A stretch of 62,298 nucleotides of DNA from a bacterium (GTDB lineage: Bacteria > Patescibacteriota > Minisyncoccia > Moranbacterales > UBA2206), in assembly GCA_029567195.1 (NCBI GenBank), contig JAKQLJ010000038.1:1-62298 (forward strand), in the 5' to 3' direction. Both the position numbers and the translations under genes were made by a program. Below are positions 1 to 8,189 of this stretch, in pieces (the stretch's first letter is position 1; each line of letters starts with the position of its first letter). A model generated the notes under the pieces. The model searched no databases and was not told the DNA's origin. It saw only the letters and a list, made by a program, of their open reading frames with translations.

Positions 1-204
1 ATTGTTAAGGCCGAAAAACTTTTTCAACGAGCTATTATTAAATTAAGACATTTTTACAAAATAATCAACTATATGTATTCATCTTGTACAAAATCTGGAC
101 AATCAGCTTTTTTTGTGATATGCTCATCTGTTACAAGTGGCGTGTATTTTTTGGCGTATTTGAGTCAACTTGCAATAAAGTTCTTTTCATTATAGGAGCG
201 TAAA

Positions 205-1002
205 ATGAATCGAAAAATCGGAGTAAGTGTGGTTTGCATGCTTCCTTGGTGTTTGGGAAGGTATGGGTTGAATCGGTCTGCAACGTTGGCATATGACGCA
301 GGCTTTCAAGGTCTTCAGATACTGCCGATGCGAGGCTGGGATCATCTGACTTTCTCGGGAATTTCAAGCGAGAAAATCATTTCTTTTGAGCTGGCTTGGA
401 ACTGCGGACCTCTGGGGAGCGCTATTATTCGCAGTTCACATGCATTCAGTCTTAAGGTTCTACGATATTTTAAGCTGGGAGCCCTGACTGAGGCATTGCC
501 ATCGCCCAATGAAAACCGCCCGTTGATTACTGATTGGTTTCTTTTTGGCAATTGTGATGCTACGGAACGTCGTGCAGAATTGATGTTTCATCATTTCCAG
601 AAAACTTCGATGTTCATCACGCACGATGTCATCCACGCCGGCGTGGTGGAAATGCATCCCGAGTTGGATTTGGAAGTTGGTATTTATGCCAACTATCCGT
701 ACGGACTGGTCTGGGACACTGAACACGTGATTCGCTCAGGACGTCACGGACAACCGCCGGTTACCGATGACTGGGAAAAATTGCTGGATGAAGTTGGTCA
801 CAACATCCGCCTCATCCACGTGAAGGATCCAGTCAATCCCAAAATGCTCGAAGCCTTGGCCAAAAAAACAACCTGTCCCGTGATATTCGAAACAAGGCCG
901 CCGCTCGGAAAGATTTTCAAGCCTCCAATGAGGCACGTCCAGAAGCGAGCTCTCGAATGGCTCACGAGCAGGCGAAATTTTCTTGGCTATTTCTTTGATT
1001 AG
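205..1002 (+). CDS. Divergent TIM-barrel protein, sugar-phosphate isomerase/epimerase (AP-endonuclease-2-like) family
   Basis: 265 aa ORF with AGGAG SD. RLIHVKD and VIFET resemble the metal-binding strands of xylose-isomerase-like barrels. Confidence 0.5.
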   Translation: MNRKIGVSVVCMLPWCLGRYGLNRSATLAYDAGFQGLQILPMRGWDHLTFSGISSEKIISFELAWNCGPLGSAIIRSSHAFSLKVLRYFKLGALTEALPSPNENRPLITDWFLFGNCDATERRAELMFHHFQKTSMFITHDVIHAGVVEMHPELDLEVGIYANYPYGLVWDTEHVIRSGRHGQPPVTDDWEKLLDEVGHNIRLIHVKDPVNPKMLEALAKKTTCPVIFETRPPLGKIFKPPMRHVQKRALEWLTSRRNFLGYFFD

Positions 1003-1040
1003 AATTGCATAATATATGTCATATTAACAGGAGGAAAATT

Positions 1041-1403
1041 ATGCCCCATATTCACGCAATATTAGAGGAGAAAGCAAGGATCATTCACGCTCTGACCGAA
1101 TGTAAGTCAAGAGTTCGCCAAGCCGTGAGTGACCAGTTTCCAAAGTATCAAATGAGAGATATTGCTCTCATCCCGAGACTCGTCACTTACAAGGAAATGG
1201 CAATGGCAGACAATCTTCTGCCTCTTGAGTTCGTCATCGACCTCGGGAAGCTGGACAATCTTCTCGGCGATAGCGATTCGGACATCTTTCGCGATCGACT
1301 ACTCAAGCTCTGTCCCGAACTCAAAGATATCAATTTCGGCATCTGGCTTCGGGAAATGTCCAGTAATGGATTCTCCGAGCACAAGCCTGACCACAACGAC
1401 TAG
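1041..1403 (+). CDS. Small protein, possibly tautomerase superfamily (N-terminal Pro)
   Basis: AGGAGG SD before ATG 1041 gives M-PHIHAIL, a Pro1 beta-strand start. The ORF-track start at 1005 is probably too far upstream. Confidence 0.4.
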   Translation: MPHIHAILEEKARIIHALTECKSRVRQAVSDQFPKYQMRDIALIPRLVTYKEMAMADNLLPLEFVIDLGKLDNLLGDSDSDIFRDRLLKLCPELKDINFGIWLREMSSNGFSEHKPDHND

Positions 1404-1596
1404 TCAGGCTCAGGAGCAAGCGGTTATGAGACAAGCACATTCGTGCATCTCGTAACCGCTTTTATTTTTTCCAGCTGATTTTAATAGATTCAAATATATT
1501 CCCAACAGGCGAGTGAATGAAATGGTATCTGTAAAAACAATCTCCGAAGCGTTTATTTTAATGTTATAATAAAAACACATCAATAAGGCATATAAA

Positions 1597-2214
1597 ATGT
1601 TTGGTATCGACAAAAAAGAACTGAAAATATTAAAAGGCTTAAACACTCCTGGAAAGATCCAGGATTTTCTCAACAAATTGCCGATGAATTTTGAAAAGAA
1701 AGGAGATACCTGCTTTTCTCCCATGTCAGTTTTGAAAAAAAATACCTGCCACTGTATGGAGGGTGCGGCGCTGGCGGCCTTGGCTCTTCGAATAAATGGG
1801 CATCCTCCTCTTTTGGTTGATCTTAGGGCGAATAAAAATGACTTTGACCATGTCATTGCCGTTTTCAAAAAAGACGGCAAATGGGGTGCCATATCGAAAA
1901 CAAATCATGCCGTCCTTCGCTACCGGGAACCGATCTACAAATCCATAAGGGAATTGGCAATGAGTTACTTCCACGAATATGTGGATGATAAGGGAAGGAA
2001 AAACCTGAGAAGTTTCTCACGGCCTGTGAATCTTCGAATATTTGACAAGCTTGATTGGATGACCACCAAAGAAGAAATTGATTATATGCCGGAATACCTT
2101 GATAAGGTCAGGCATTATCCTGTTTTAAGCAGAAAGCAAATCTGCGGGCTCCGAAAGGCGGATGAAGTCGAGCTTACAGCCGGAGATGTTGTCGAGTGGA
2201 AAAAAGAGTTTTAA
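1597..2214 (+). CDS. Conserved hypothetical protein, transglutaminase-like (Cys-His)
   Basis: CHCMEGAALAALAL and DHVIAVF..WGAISK motifs. Confidence 0.6.
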   Translation: MFGIDKKELKILKGLNTPGKIQDFLNKLPMNFEKKGDTCFSPMSVLKKNTCHCMEGAALAALALRINGHPPLLVDLRANKNDFDHVIAVFKKDGKWGAISKTNHAVLRYREPIYKSIRELAMSYFHEYVDDKGRKNLRSFSRPVNLRIFDKLDWMTTKEEIDYMPEYLDKVRHYPVLSRKQICGLRKADEVELTAGDVVEWKKEF

Positions 2215-2327
2215 TGAATTGCCTGCGGCTTGCCGGCTGGTAAGTGAATTATCATAGCAAAGCAAATTAATATCGCCTTTTGGGCGTTTTTTTGATATAA
2301 TAGTAAATAATTATTAAGTAAAAAAAT

Positions 2328-2639
2328 ATGCAAAAATTTTGCCAAGCGTGCGGAATGCCGCTAATTAAAAAGGAAGATTTTGCTGGCGGCGATGAAAATT
2401 CCAATTTCTGCGCTTATTGCGTTAATGCTGACGGTAGTGTTAAATCCTGCGAAGAGATTTTTGAGGGCGGGGTGCAGTTTTTTATAAGTCAGATCGGAAA
2501 TGATCGAAAACTGGCGGAAAAAATAACAAGGAAAAATATGAATGGGCAACCTTATTGGCAGGGCAAAGACTGTCCAATTCTCAAAGGAGAAACGGCTACG
2601 GATGAGGAATTTGCCGAAGTTTTAAAAAATTTGAGCTAA
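2328..2639 (+). CDS. Zinc-ribbon domain protein
   Basis: FCQACGMPL ... FCAYC paired CxxC motifs. Confidence 0.7.
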   Translation: MQKFCQACGMPLIKKEDFAGGDENSNFCAYCVNADGSVKSCEEIFEGGVQFFISQIGNDRKLAEKITRKNMNGQPYWQGKDCPILKGETATDEEFAEVLKNLS

Positions 2640-2641
2640 AT

Positions 2642-2773
2642 ATGAACAAAAAAATTATCCAACAAAAAGAGTCCCAAAGGATAAAAAAGAGAACTTTATA
2701 CACCGCTTCCCGCCTTGAAGGAAAAGTTAAAAATACAGGCATCAAAAACGTGAAGAAAAAAGGAAAGAAATAG
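2642..2773 (+). CDS. Small basic peptide, 43 aa (MNKKIIQQKESQRIKKRTLYTASRLEGKVKNTGIKNVKKKGKK)
   Basis: Read manually; starts 2 nt after the upstream stop; below the ORF-track cutoff. Confidence 0.35.
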   Translation: MNKKIIQQKESQRIKKRTLYTASRLEGKVKNTGIKNVKKKGKK

Positions 2774-2841
2774 CGGCATCCGATTGAAAGGGGAAAGTTT
2801 TTTAATAAGTTTTTTGATTTTTAATTATTAAGAATAAAAAA

Positions 2842-3864
2842 ATGGCTGATAAAAATCACAAAAAATCTTTTACGACAAAAAAACCAACCGATTTTAAAGC
2901 GGTTAAAAGATTTATTGATAATAACTTTTTTCACTTCAATGCGGCTGTGGTAAAGAGCGCTTCAGAAGCTTATTTAAAGCACCTCAATAGCGGTGGCAAA
3001 ATGTTTCTTACCTTAGCCGGCGCAATGAGCACGGCCGAGATTGGAATTACTCTTGCGGAGATGATAAGAAAAGACAAGGTTCACGCGATTTGTTGCACGG
3101 GAGCCAATCTCGAAGAGGATATTTTTAATCTGGTTGCTCATGATTGTTATAAAAAAGTGCCCGATTATCGTTATTTATCCCGGGATGACGAGGAAAAATT
3201 ATTGAAAAACAATTTTAACCGGGTAACTGACACCTGCATTCCCGAAGAAGAAGCAATGAGAAAAGTGGAGGAAAAATTATATGTCGTCTGGGGAAGGGCG
3301 GAAAAAGAAGGAAAAAGATTTTTCCCGTATGAATATATTTATCAGTTGATCAGGGAAGAAAGACTTAAAAAAGAATATCAGATTGACCCGAAAAATTCCT
3401 GGGTAATTGCCGCTTGCCAGAAAAACATTCCTATTTTTACGGCCGGCTGGGAAGATTCTACTCTGGGCAACGAATTTGTGGCGGAAAAAATAAGAGGAAG
3501 ATTCAAAAGTTTTAATCCTATAAGAGGAGGGCTGGAAGTAATGGAGGATCTGATCGGGTGGTATAAGAAAAATTCAAAAGACAGTTCTATCGGCTTTTTT
3601 CAAATCGGCGGGGGTATCTCCGGTGATTTTCCCATTTGTGTTGTGCCTCTGATTCAGCAGGACTTAATGGAAAATTGCCGTCTGTGGGGATATTTTTGCC
3701 AGATATCAAATTGCACGACTTCTTACGGTTCATATTCCGGAGCAGTTCCCAATGAAAAAATTACCTGGGGAAAAATTGGCAAAAATACTCCGCAATTCGT
3801 CATTGAAAGCGATGCCAGCATTGTTGCTCCGCTGATATTCGCTTATATTTTGGGTTATAAATAA
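2842..3864 (+). CDS. Deoxyhypusine synthase-like protein
   Basis: LAGAMSTA, TGANLEED, FQIGGGISGDF and YSGAVPNEKITWGK (catalytic Lys retained). Confidence 0.9.
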   Translation: MADKNHKKSFTTKKPTDFKAVKRFIDNNFFHFNAAVVKSASEAYLKHLNSGGKMFLTLAGAMSTAEIGITLAEMIRKDKVHAICCTGANLEEDIFNLVAHDCYKKVPDYRYLSRDDEEKLLKNNFNRVTDTCIPEEEAMRKVEEKLYVVWGRAEKEGKRFFPYEYIYQLIREERLKKEYQIDPKNSWVIAACQKNIPIFTAGWEDSTLGNEFVAEKIRGRFKSFNPIRGGLEVMEDLIGWYKKNSKDSSIGFFQIGGGISGDFPICVVPLIQQDLMENCRLWGYFCQISNCTTSYGSYSGAVPNEKITWGKIGKNTPQFVIESDASIVAPLIFAYILGYK

Positions 3865-3921
3865 AAAATTTAGTTTATTTAAGAAAATGAAAAAGGAAAT
3901 GCTTTTTGGGCATTTCCTTGG

Positions 3922-5079
3922 TTATTTAAGATCAATTTCCTGAAGATCTATTTTGCATCCGGTAGTGCTGGAAATCAGATCAATGACTCTTTGGACTCTT
4001 CCTTTTAGAAAAGAATCTTTCGTTTCCAGAGTCGCTTTCCAAAACAACGGAAGGCTTTGAAGAGCACAATCATAATCTTGATGAAAAGAAGATGCCCACC
4101 AAAATTGGCAACTGTTGAGTGCTTTGTCCAATGCCAAACGGCCTTCGTAAGACATATGGTTTCTGCATTCCAAAACCATTCGGGTCAGTTGCCAAAGAAG
4201 ACGATGAACGGGGTTTTGCGGATGATTCCAGAGAGGAAAGGGAATATTATTGTCCATATCTTCTTTGCTGGTTGACCAGCTTCCCGGAGGAATTTCAAAT
4301 GGCTTTTTGGGGAAATAATCACATATTTCGGAAATCTTTTCCAGCGCCAAGCCTTTTTTTTGGCCTCCATTTCCTATTTCATCCAAGAATCTTTCCAAAT
4401 CTCCGATATATTCTTTGTGATGATGGCCGAAAGTCTCGGCGTCCATTCCAATGACCAGATAGCCATCTTTTCCGTTGATCCATCGTCCGAATTTGGAGTT
4501 GATGTCTTCCAGTATGCTTCCCCGGATCTTTTTAAATGCAATAGAGCTGCTCCAAAGATGACTGCGCAATATGACCGGCAGGCCGTCAGTTTCCGGAATG
4601 AACTCAAATGGGGCAAAACCGTGTTTTTCGCAAAATGGAATGTCTTCCGAAATAACCCATTTGTAATTGTGATTCTTTAGGATAGTAGTTATCCGGGGGC
4701 TGAATGCCATTTCTGGCGGGAAAAATCCTCTGCCAACTTCAAGACCCTCTTTTCTAAGTCCCTCCTTGTTTAGACGAATTTGACGGTCTATTTCATGTTC
4801 GTCCAGAAGCGGTAAAATCGGATGATAAGCTCCGCTTCCGGTCAGTTCCATCTTTTCTTTCCTGATTGCTTCGGCAAACAGTCCGAGCAGTTTTGCATGG
4901 CCGCAATGCTTAAGCAATTCGACCAATGAATAATTGATATTTACCGTAAAACAAGCCTTTTCATGTCGGACAATTAAATCAAGAAGCGGATAATAGCACT
5001 CTTCCAAAATTCTTTCCAGTATCTCCTTGGATTGCCAGGGAGGCTGGTAGAAATGCAAAAGAAAACCGAGATGTTTCAT
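3922..5079 (-). CDS. Glycoside hydrolase family 57 protein
   Basis: HFYQP, YHPILPLL, FFPPEMAF, MDAETFGHH, SCQFWW motifs. Confidence 0.85.
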   Translation of the reverse strand: MKHLGFLLHFYQPPWQSKEILERILEECYYPLLDLIVRHEKACFTVNINYSLVELLKHCGHAKLLGLFAEAIRKEKMELTGSGAYHPILPLLDEHEIDRQIRLNKEGLRKEGLEVGRGFFPPEMAFSPRITTILKNHNYKWVISEDIPFCEKHGFAPFEFIPETDGLPVILRSHLWSSSIAFKKIRGSILEDINSKFGRWINGKDGYLVIGMDAETFGHHHKEYIGDLERFLDEIGNGGQKKGLALEKISEICDYFPKKPFEIPPGSWSTSKEDMDNNIPFPLWNHPQNPVHRLLWQLTRMVLECRNHMSYEGRLALDKALNSCQFWWASSFHQDYDCALQSLPLFWKATLETKDSFLKGRVQRVIDLISSTTGCKIDLQEIDLK

Positions 5080-5235
5080 AAATGCCCTCCTTTGGCAATC
5101 ATATTTTGTTTGATGAATGGTTTTTTCTCGCCTTCCAACCGTTATTTACAATGAAAAGAACTCTGATAAAACAGTAAACTTTTTTTATAATCGCGTCAAA
5201 TTAATTTATTCCAGATTCTCATAAAGGTTGGAAAT

Positions 5236-5272
5236 AAAAAAGGCGGCCCAGCAGTGATCTGCCAGCCGCCTT
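5236..5272 (-). terminator. Intrinsic terminator after the small ORF at 5288-5509
   Basis: AAGGCGGC/GCCGCCTT stem followed by a T run on the minus strand. Confidence 0.6.
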
Positions 5273-5287
5273 AAGGGAGGGCAATGT

Positions 5288-5509
5288 TCAGTTTCGAGTG
5301 GGGGGGTCGTTCAAATTGGCAAAGCAAAGAGATTTTCTTTCGCCTTTTTCATCGCACACTGTTACTGGTGATTTACATATCCCGTTAATAATGTCAGTGC
5401 CGCCACAGCGGGGACATGTTGCCGTGTTAACAACGCTTTTTTTTCTGAGGGTTTTTTTCGCCCCATCTTGTAAATTTCTCAGTTTATCCTCATCTTTTGG
5501 AAAAAACAT
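5288..5509 (-). CDS. Small Cys-rich protein, 73 aa (CPRCGG, Zn-ribbon-like)
   Basis: GAGGAGG SD 5' of ATG; five Cys including a CxxC. Confidence 0.65.
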   Translation of the reverse strand: MFFPKDEDKLRNLQDGAKKTLRKKSVVNTATCPRCGGTDIINGICKSPVTVCDEKGERKSLCFANLNDPPTRN

Positions 5510-5565
5510 AGCATTTACCTCCTCTGTATTTTTGTATTAAAAGTACTGATTGAAGAAAAGAAATC

Positions 5566-5586
5566 AAAAAACCGCCGCCGGCGGTT
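5566..5586 (-). terminator. Attenuator-type terminator of leader unit C
   Basis: AACCGCC-GGC-GGCGGTT followed by a T run. Confidence 0.7.
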
Positions 5587-5613
5587 GTCTTTTGGTTCGA
5601 TTTTCTTTTCTTT

Positions 5614-5691
5614 CTACGAACGCTTAAAAACAACCGCTTGGCGAATGGCGAGCAATAGTAGGCCTAGCAAATTGTTTTGTCGTTTGTTCAT
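5614..5691 (-). CDS. Putative leader peptide C, 25 aa (MNKRQNNLLGLLLLAIRQAVVFKRS)
   Basis: Manual translation; ATG lies 6 nt after a -10 box; its 3' end is complementary to the terminator arm. Confidence 0.55.
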   Translation of the reverse strand: MNKRQNNLLGLLLLAIRQAVVFKRS

Positions 5692-5697
5692 AATAAT

Positions 5698-5726
5698 AAT
5701 TTAATACGGCTATTATTTTTTGTCAA
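5698..5726 (-). promoter_or_regulatory. Sigma70-type promoter of unit C
   Basis: TTGACA-N17-TAAATT. Confidence 0.6.
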
Positions 5727-5826
5727 ATAAAAAAACTCCATACTAAACAGCGTAGTGAATAAATCCATTTCTTATTTCAACCAAGCTATGATTTGCTGCT
5801 TTCCAATAATGATCCAACAAAAAAAC

Positions 5827-5972
5827 CCGTCATCCTGAGCGAAGTGAAATTGGGGTAGCGATTGAACGTAGTCGAAGGATCTGCCAATTAATATCAAAAC
5901 CAGCAATTCTATTTAGTAGATTCTTCGGCTTCATCTCGTCCTAAACGGACTCGATTCCGCTCAGAATGACGG
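5827..5972. repeat. Palindromic REP-like element, GTCATCC...GAATGAC family
   Basis: Terminal IR CCGTCATCCTGAGCGAA / TTCCGCTCAGAATGACGG and inner IR CGAAGGATCT / AGATTCTTCG. Confidence 0.8.
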
Positions 5973-6005
5973 TAAAAAGAAACACGCTATTTGTTAAAGA
6001 GCCAT

Positions 6006-6037
6006 AAAAAAAGCAAGCGGACAAGGCGCTTGCTTTT
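6006..6037. terminator. Bidirectional intrinsic terminator
   Basis: AAAAGCAAGCG / CGCTTGCTTTT. Confidence 0.7.
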
Positions 6038-6046
6038 GAAAAGGTT

Positions 6047-6199
6047 TTAAGATGTCCGGAAGCTTTCTACGGCATCATTGTATAATTTTTGGCATACCGG
6101 ACATAAATTTTTGCCAGGAATGACCTCTCTTTTTTTGCTGCAACAGTTGTTGCAGCATCTTTCTTTGGGATGAGGATCTTTCGGGTGTTCTTTTTCCAT
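6047..6199 (-). CDS. Small Cys-rich protein, 50 aa (MEKEHPKDPHPKERCCNNCCSKKREVIPGKNLCPVCQKLYNDAVESFRTS)
   Basis: AAGAGGTG SD; CxxC ... CPVC pattern; not in the ORF track. Confidence 0.65.
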   Translation of the reverse strand: MEKEHPKDPHPKERCCNNCCSKKREVIPGKNLCPVCQKLYNDAVESFRTS

Positions 6200-6211
6200 T
6201 GTTTTCACCTC

Positions 6212-6475
6212 TTAATTCTTTCCGTTTCCGTTTATTCGGAGAAAGAGCTTTACTTCAGGTGAAGCTTGATTTCCAATGTCGCGGCACGATTTTTGGTGAT
6301 CGCACCTTCCGCCATGGAGACAAACATCATAAGGATACTTTTTTTGATCGCGAGCCTCCTCAAGGATTTCCGGTCCCCGAGGACAATGCCTGAGGGGATA
6401 AAAACCCGGTTCAGTTTCTATCCTGCTTCTCAAGGCTCTTATTTCCTGCTTTCTGTCAGACGGATAAAACGCCAT
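6212..6475 (-). CDS. Small Cys/His-containing protein, 87 aa
   Basis: AAGGAGG SD; HCPRG and CLHGGRCDHQKSC. Confidence 0.6.
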   Translation of the reverse strand: MAFYPSDRKQEIRALRSRIETEPGFYPLRHCPRGPEILEEARDQKKYPYDVCLHGGRCDHQKSCRDIGNQASPEVKLFLRINGNGKN

Positions 6476-6534
6476 TTTTCCCTCCTTTTATTTTCTATTT
6501 TTCTAAATTGCTTTTATTTAGTTTAAAAAAGAAC

Positions 6535-6605
6535 AAAAAAACCGACTGCCGTCGGGTTGATTTTAGATATTTTTTAAAAAGTAAAATCAACTCGACGATG
6601 GTCGG
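6535..6605 (-). promoter_or_regulatory. Antiterminator/terminator switch of leader unit B
   Basis: CCGACCATCGTCGAGTTGATTTT can pair with AAAATCAACCCGACGGCAGTCGG (20 of 23 positions). The latter contains the terminator CCGAC-GGCA-GTCGG plus a T run. Confidence 0.7.
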
Positions 6606-6649
6606 ATAATAATGGTAATAATAATTTGGCTTAACAGGTTCTTTTTCAT
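6587..6649 (-). CDS. Putative leader peptide B, 20 aa (MKKNLLSQIIITIIIRPSSS)
   Basis: ATG 7 nt after TATAAT; six Ile codons within seven positions. Confidence 0.6.
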   Translation of the reverse strand: MKKNLLSQIIITIIIRPSSS

Positions 6650-6656
6650 TTAATTT

Positions 6657-6685
6657 ATTATAATATATGGCTGAAAAATTTTCAA
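6657..6685 (-). promoter_or_regulatory. Sigma70-type promoter of unit B
   Basis: TTGAAA-N17-TATAAT. Confidence 0.65.
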
Positions 6686-6756
6686 ATAATAGGGTGCCAA
6701 GGAAGAGAATTGCTTCATCATGTTTTGATGAGCTCTCTTCCTCGGCGGGAACCGCT

Positions 6757-6987
6757 TTAGAAAAACGGCTGTTTTGAATCGGGGTCAGGAGGTGTAAGGT
6801 TGCAAACCCCCGGGATATGCTTGTCTTCCTCAGTAGCAATTACTTCCTTAATATGGCTACTTTCTATTTGTGCAGAAGGTACTCCACATTTTCGACGACT
6901 TTCCTTTCTCCGGGCTTTTCTGAGACATTCGGCAATATTATCGCAGCTTGCTACATCAAATTCTTCTCCATCGCGCATACAATTCAT
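6757..6987 (-). CDS. Small Cys-containing protein, 76 aa
   Basis: AAGGAG SD upstream; five Cys. Confidence 0.5.
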   Translation of the reverse strand: MNCMRDGEEFDVASCDNIAECLRKARRKESRRKCGVPSAQIESSHIKEVIATEEDKHIPGVCNLTPPDPDSKQPFF

Positions 6988-7216
6988 GTTCTTCTTCTCC
7001 TTTTAGGTTAAGTTTTTTGGCACATTTATGATTTCCTGATTGAATCTCTTTTTTCGCTCTTTGTGGAGAGCGCCGCCAGAATTCAGTCGGATGTGACCTT
7101 ATTTATTCTGACAGAAGTTCAATGCAGGAAACCATCCATGAGCCGGAAAAAGAAAAATATTTTTCACTCTTTCCGGCTCGCGGATTTTTTGCGCCTTTTT
7201 AAAGAACTTATCAAAT

Positions 7217-7240
7217 AAAAATCCCGGTCTTTTACCGGGG
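7217..7240 (-). terminator. Terminator of leader unit A
   Basis: CCCGGT-AAAAG-ACCGGG followed by ATTTTT. Confidence 0.55.
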
Positions 7241-7265
7241 TTCTCTGTTTTTCTTATCCTTTATC

Positions 7266-7355
7266 TTATTGAGATTCCCCAGCAAAAAATTCTCGCCCTA
7301 CAAAGACGGAAGAAATGAGAATAATCTTCAATGTGTTTTTCGCCGAGTTCCTCAT
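7266..7355 (-). CDS. Putative leader peptide A, 29 aa (MRNSAKNTLKIILISSVFVGREFFAGESQ)
   Basis: Manual translation; lies between a consensus promoter and a terminator. Confidence 0.45.
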   Translation of the reverse strand: MRNSAKNTLKIILISSVFVGREFFAGESQ

Positions 7356-7377
7356 TTAAATATTGTTATCTTGTAAA

Positions 7378-7406
7378 AGTATAGGGGATTTTATGTTTTT
7401 TGTCAA
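7378..7406 (-). promoter_or_regulatory. Sigma70-type promoter of unit A
   Basis: TTGACA-N17-TATACT. Confidence 0.7.
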
Positions 7407-7479
7407 CTTTTTTAGGTTCTTTTGGGTCAATTTAAGCCAAAAAAGCCATTTTTAGCCGCATTTTAGCCCCCAGAAATGA

Positions 7480-7507
7480 TTGACAACAAGAGCAAAAGGT
7501 GTATAAT
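7480..7507 (+). promoter_or_regulatory. Sigma70-type promoter upstream of the RRM gene
   Basis: TTGACA-N16-TATAAT. Confidence 0.6.
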
Positions 7508-7684
7508 GGATGTATTGTAAGATTCTCCGTAGTTTCCTGTTTCTTGCCATTTTCCCCACAAGGGAAAAGCGAAAGAAACGAGCCTTATATGAAATAGTGT
7601 AAGGGTAGTCTAAAGGCTGAACGCTTTTTAGAAGTAAAGAGCTAAGTGAGAAGGTCACCTTGCAATTTAAGTTCATATAATTTA

Positions 7685-7743
7685 ATCCGGTTAGATGCCT
7701 CGCGGAGCGAGGACTTCGCTTAGAGCGGAGAATTTAACGGGAT
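7685..7743. repeat. Degenerate palindromic element, CCCGTT...AACGGG family
   Basis: ATCCGGTTAGAT ... ATTTAACGGGAT arms enclosing two small hairpins. Confidence 0.5.
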
Positions 7744-7750
7744 AAAATAA

Positions 7751-8071
7751 ATGGCACAGAAACTTTATGTAGGTGGATTAGCATATTCCACTACGGAAGA
7801 ATCTTTGGGAAATCTTTTCGCTCAAGCCGGAACAGTTCAATCTGCCAGTATCATTACTGACAAAATGTCCGGACGATCTCGAGGCTTTGGCTTCGTAGAA
7901 ATGAGCACAGAAGAGGAAGCTCAGGCTGCTGTTGAGATGTTTAATGGAAAAGAGTTCGAAGGAAGAACTTTGACTGTTAACGAAGCTCGTCCTCAGGGAG
8001 ACCGACCAAAAAGAACTGGTGGTTTTAGAGGAAATGACAGAGGCGGTTTTGGAAGACGAGACCGATTCTAA
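7751..8071 (+). CDS. RRM-domain RNA-binding protein (Rbp-like)
   Basis: RNP2 LYVGGL, RNP1 RGFGFVEM and a Gly/Arg-rich tail. Confidence 0.95.
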   Translation: MAQKLYVGGLAYSTTEESLGNLFAQAGTVQSASIITDKMSGRSRGFGFVEMSTEEEAQAAVEMFNGKEFEGRTLTVNEARPQGDRPKRTGGFRGNDRGGFGRRDRF

Positions 8072-8074
8072 TAG

Positions 8075-8110
8075 AAAAACACTCTCGGGTTAACCGGGAG
8101 TGTTTTTTTG
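8075..8110 (+). terminator. Intrinsic terminator
   Basis: AAAACACTCTCGG / CCGGGAGTGTTTTT. Confidence 0.75.
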
Positions 8111-8189
8111 TTTTATATGATATTGCTTAATATCTTCAAAAAATGCTATTATTTAGTAGTTATAAACTCATATTAAGTTTCTTCCTGAT

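Noticed and set aside
6495-6839. 114-aa minus-strand ORF
   Set aside because: It reads through promoter B and the attenuator, has low-complexity composition and no SD.
7010-7195. Additional gene after the hairpin at 7139-7181
   Set aside because: All minus-strand frames close within a few codons, so no ORF can be supported.
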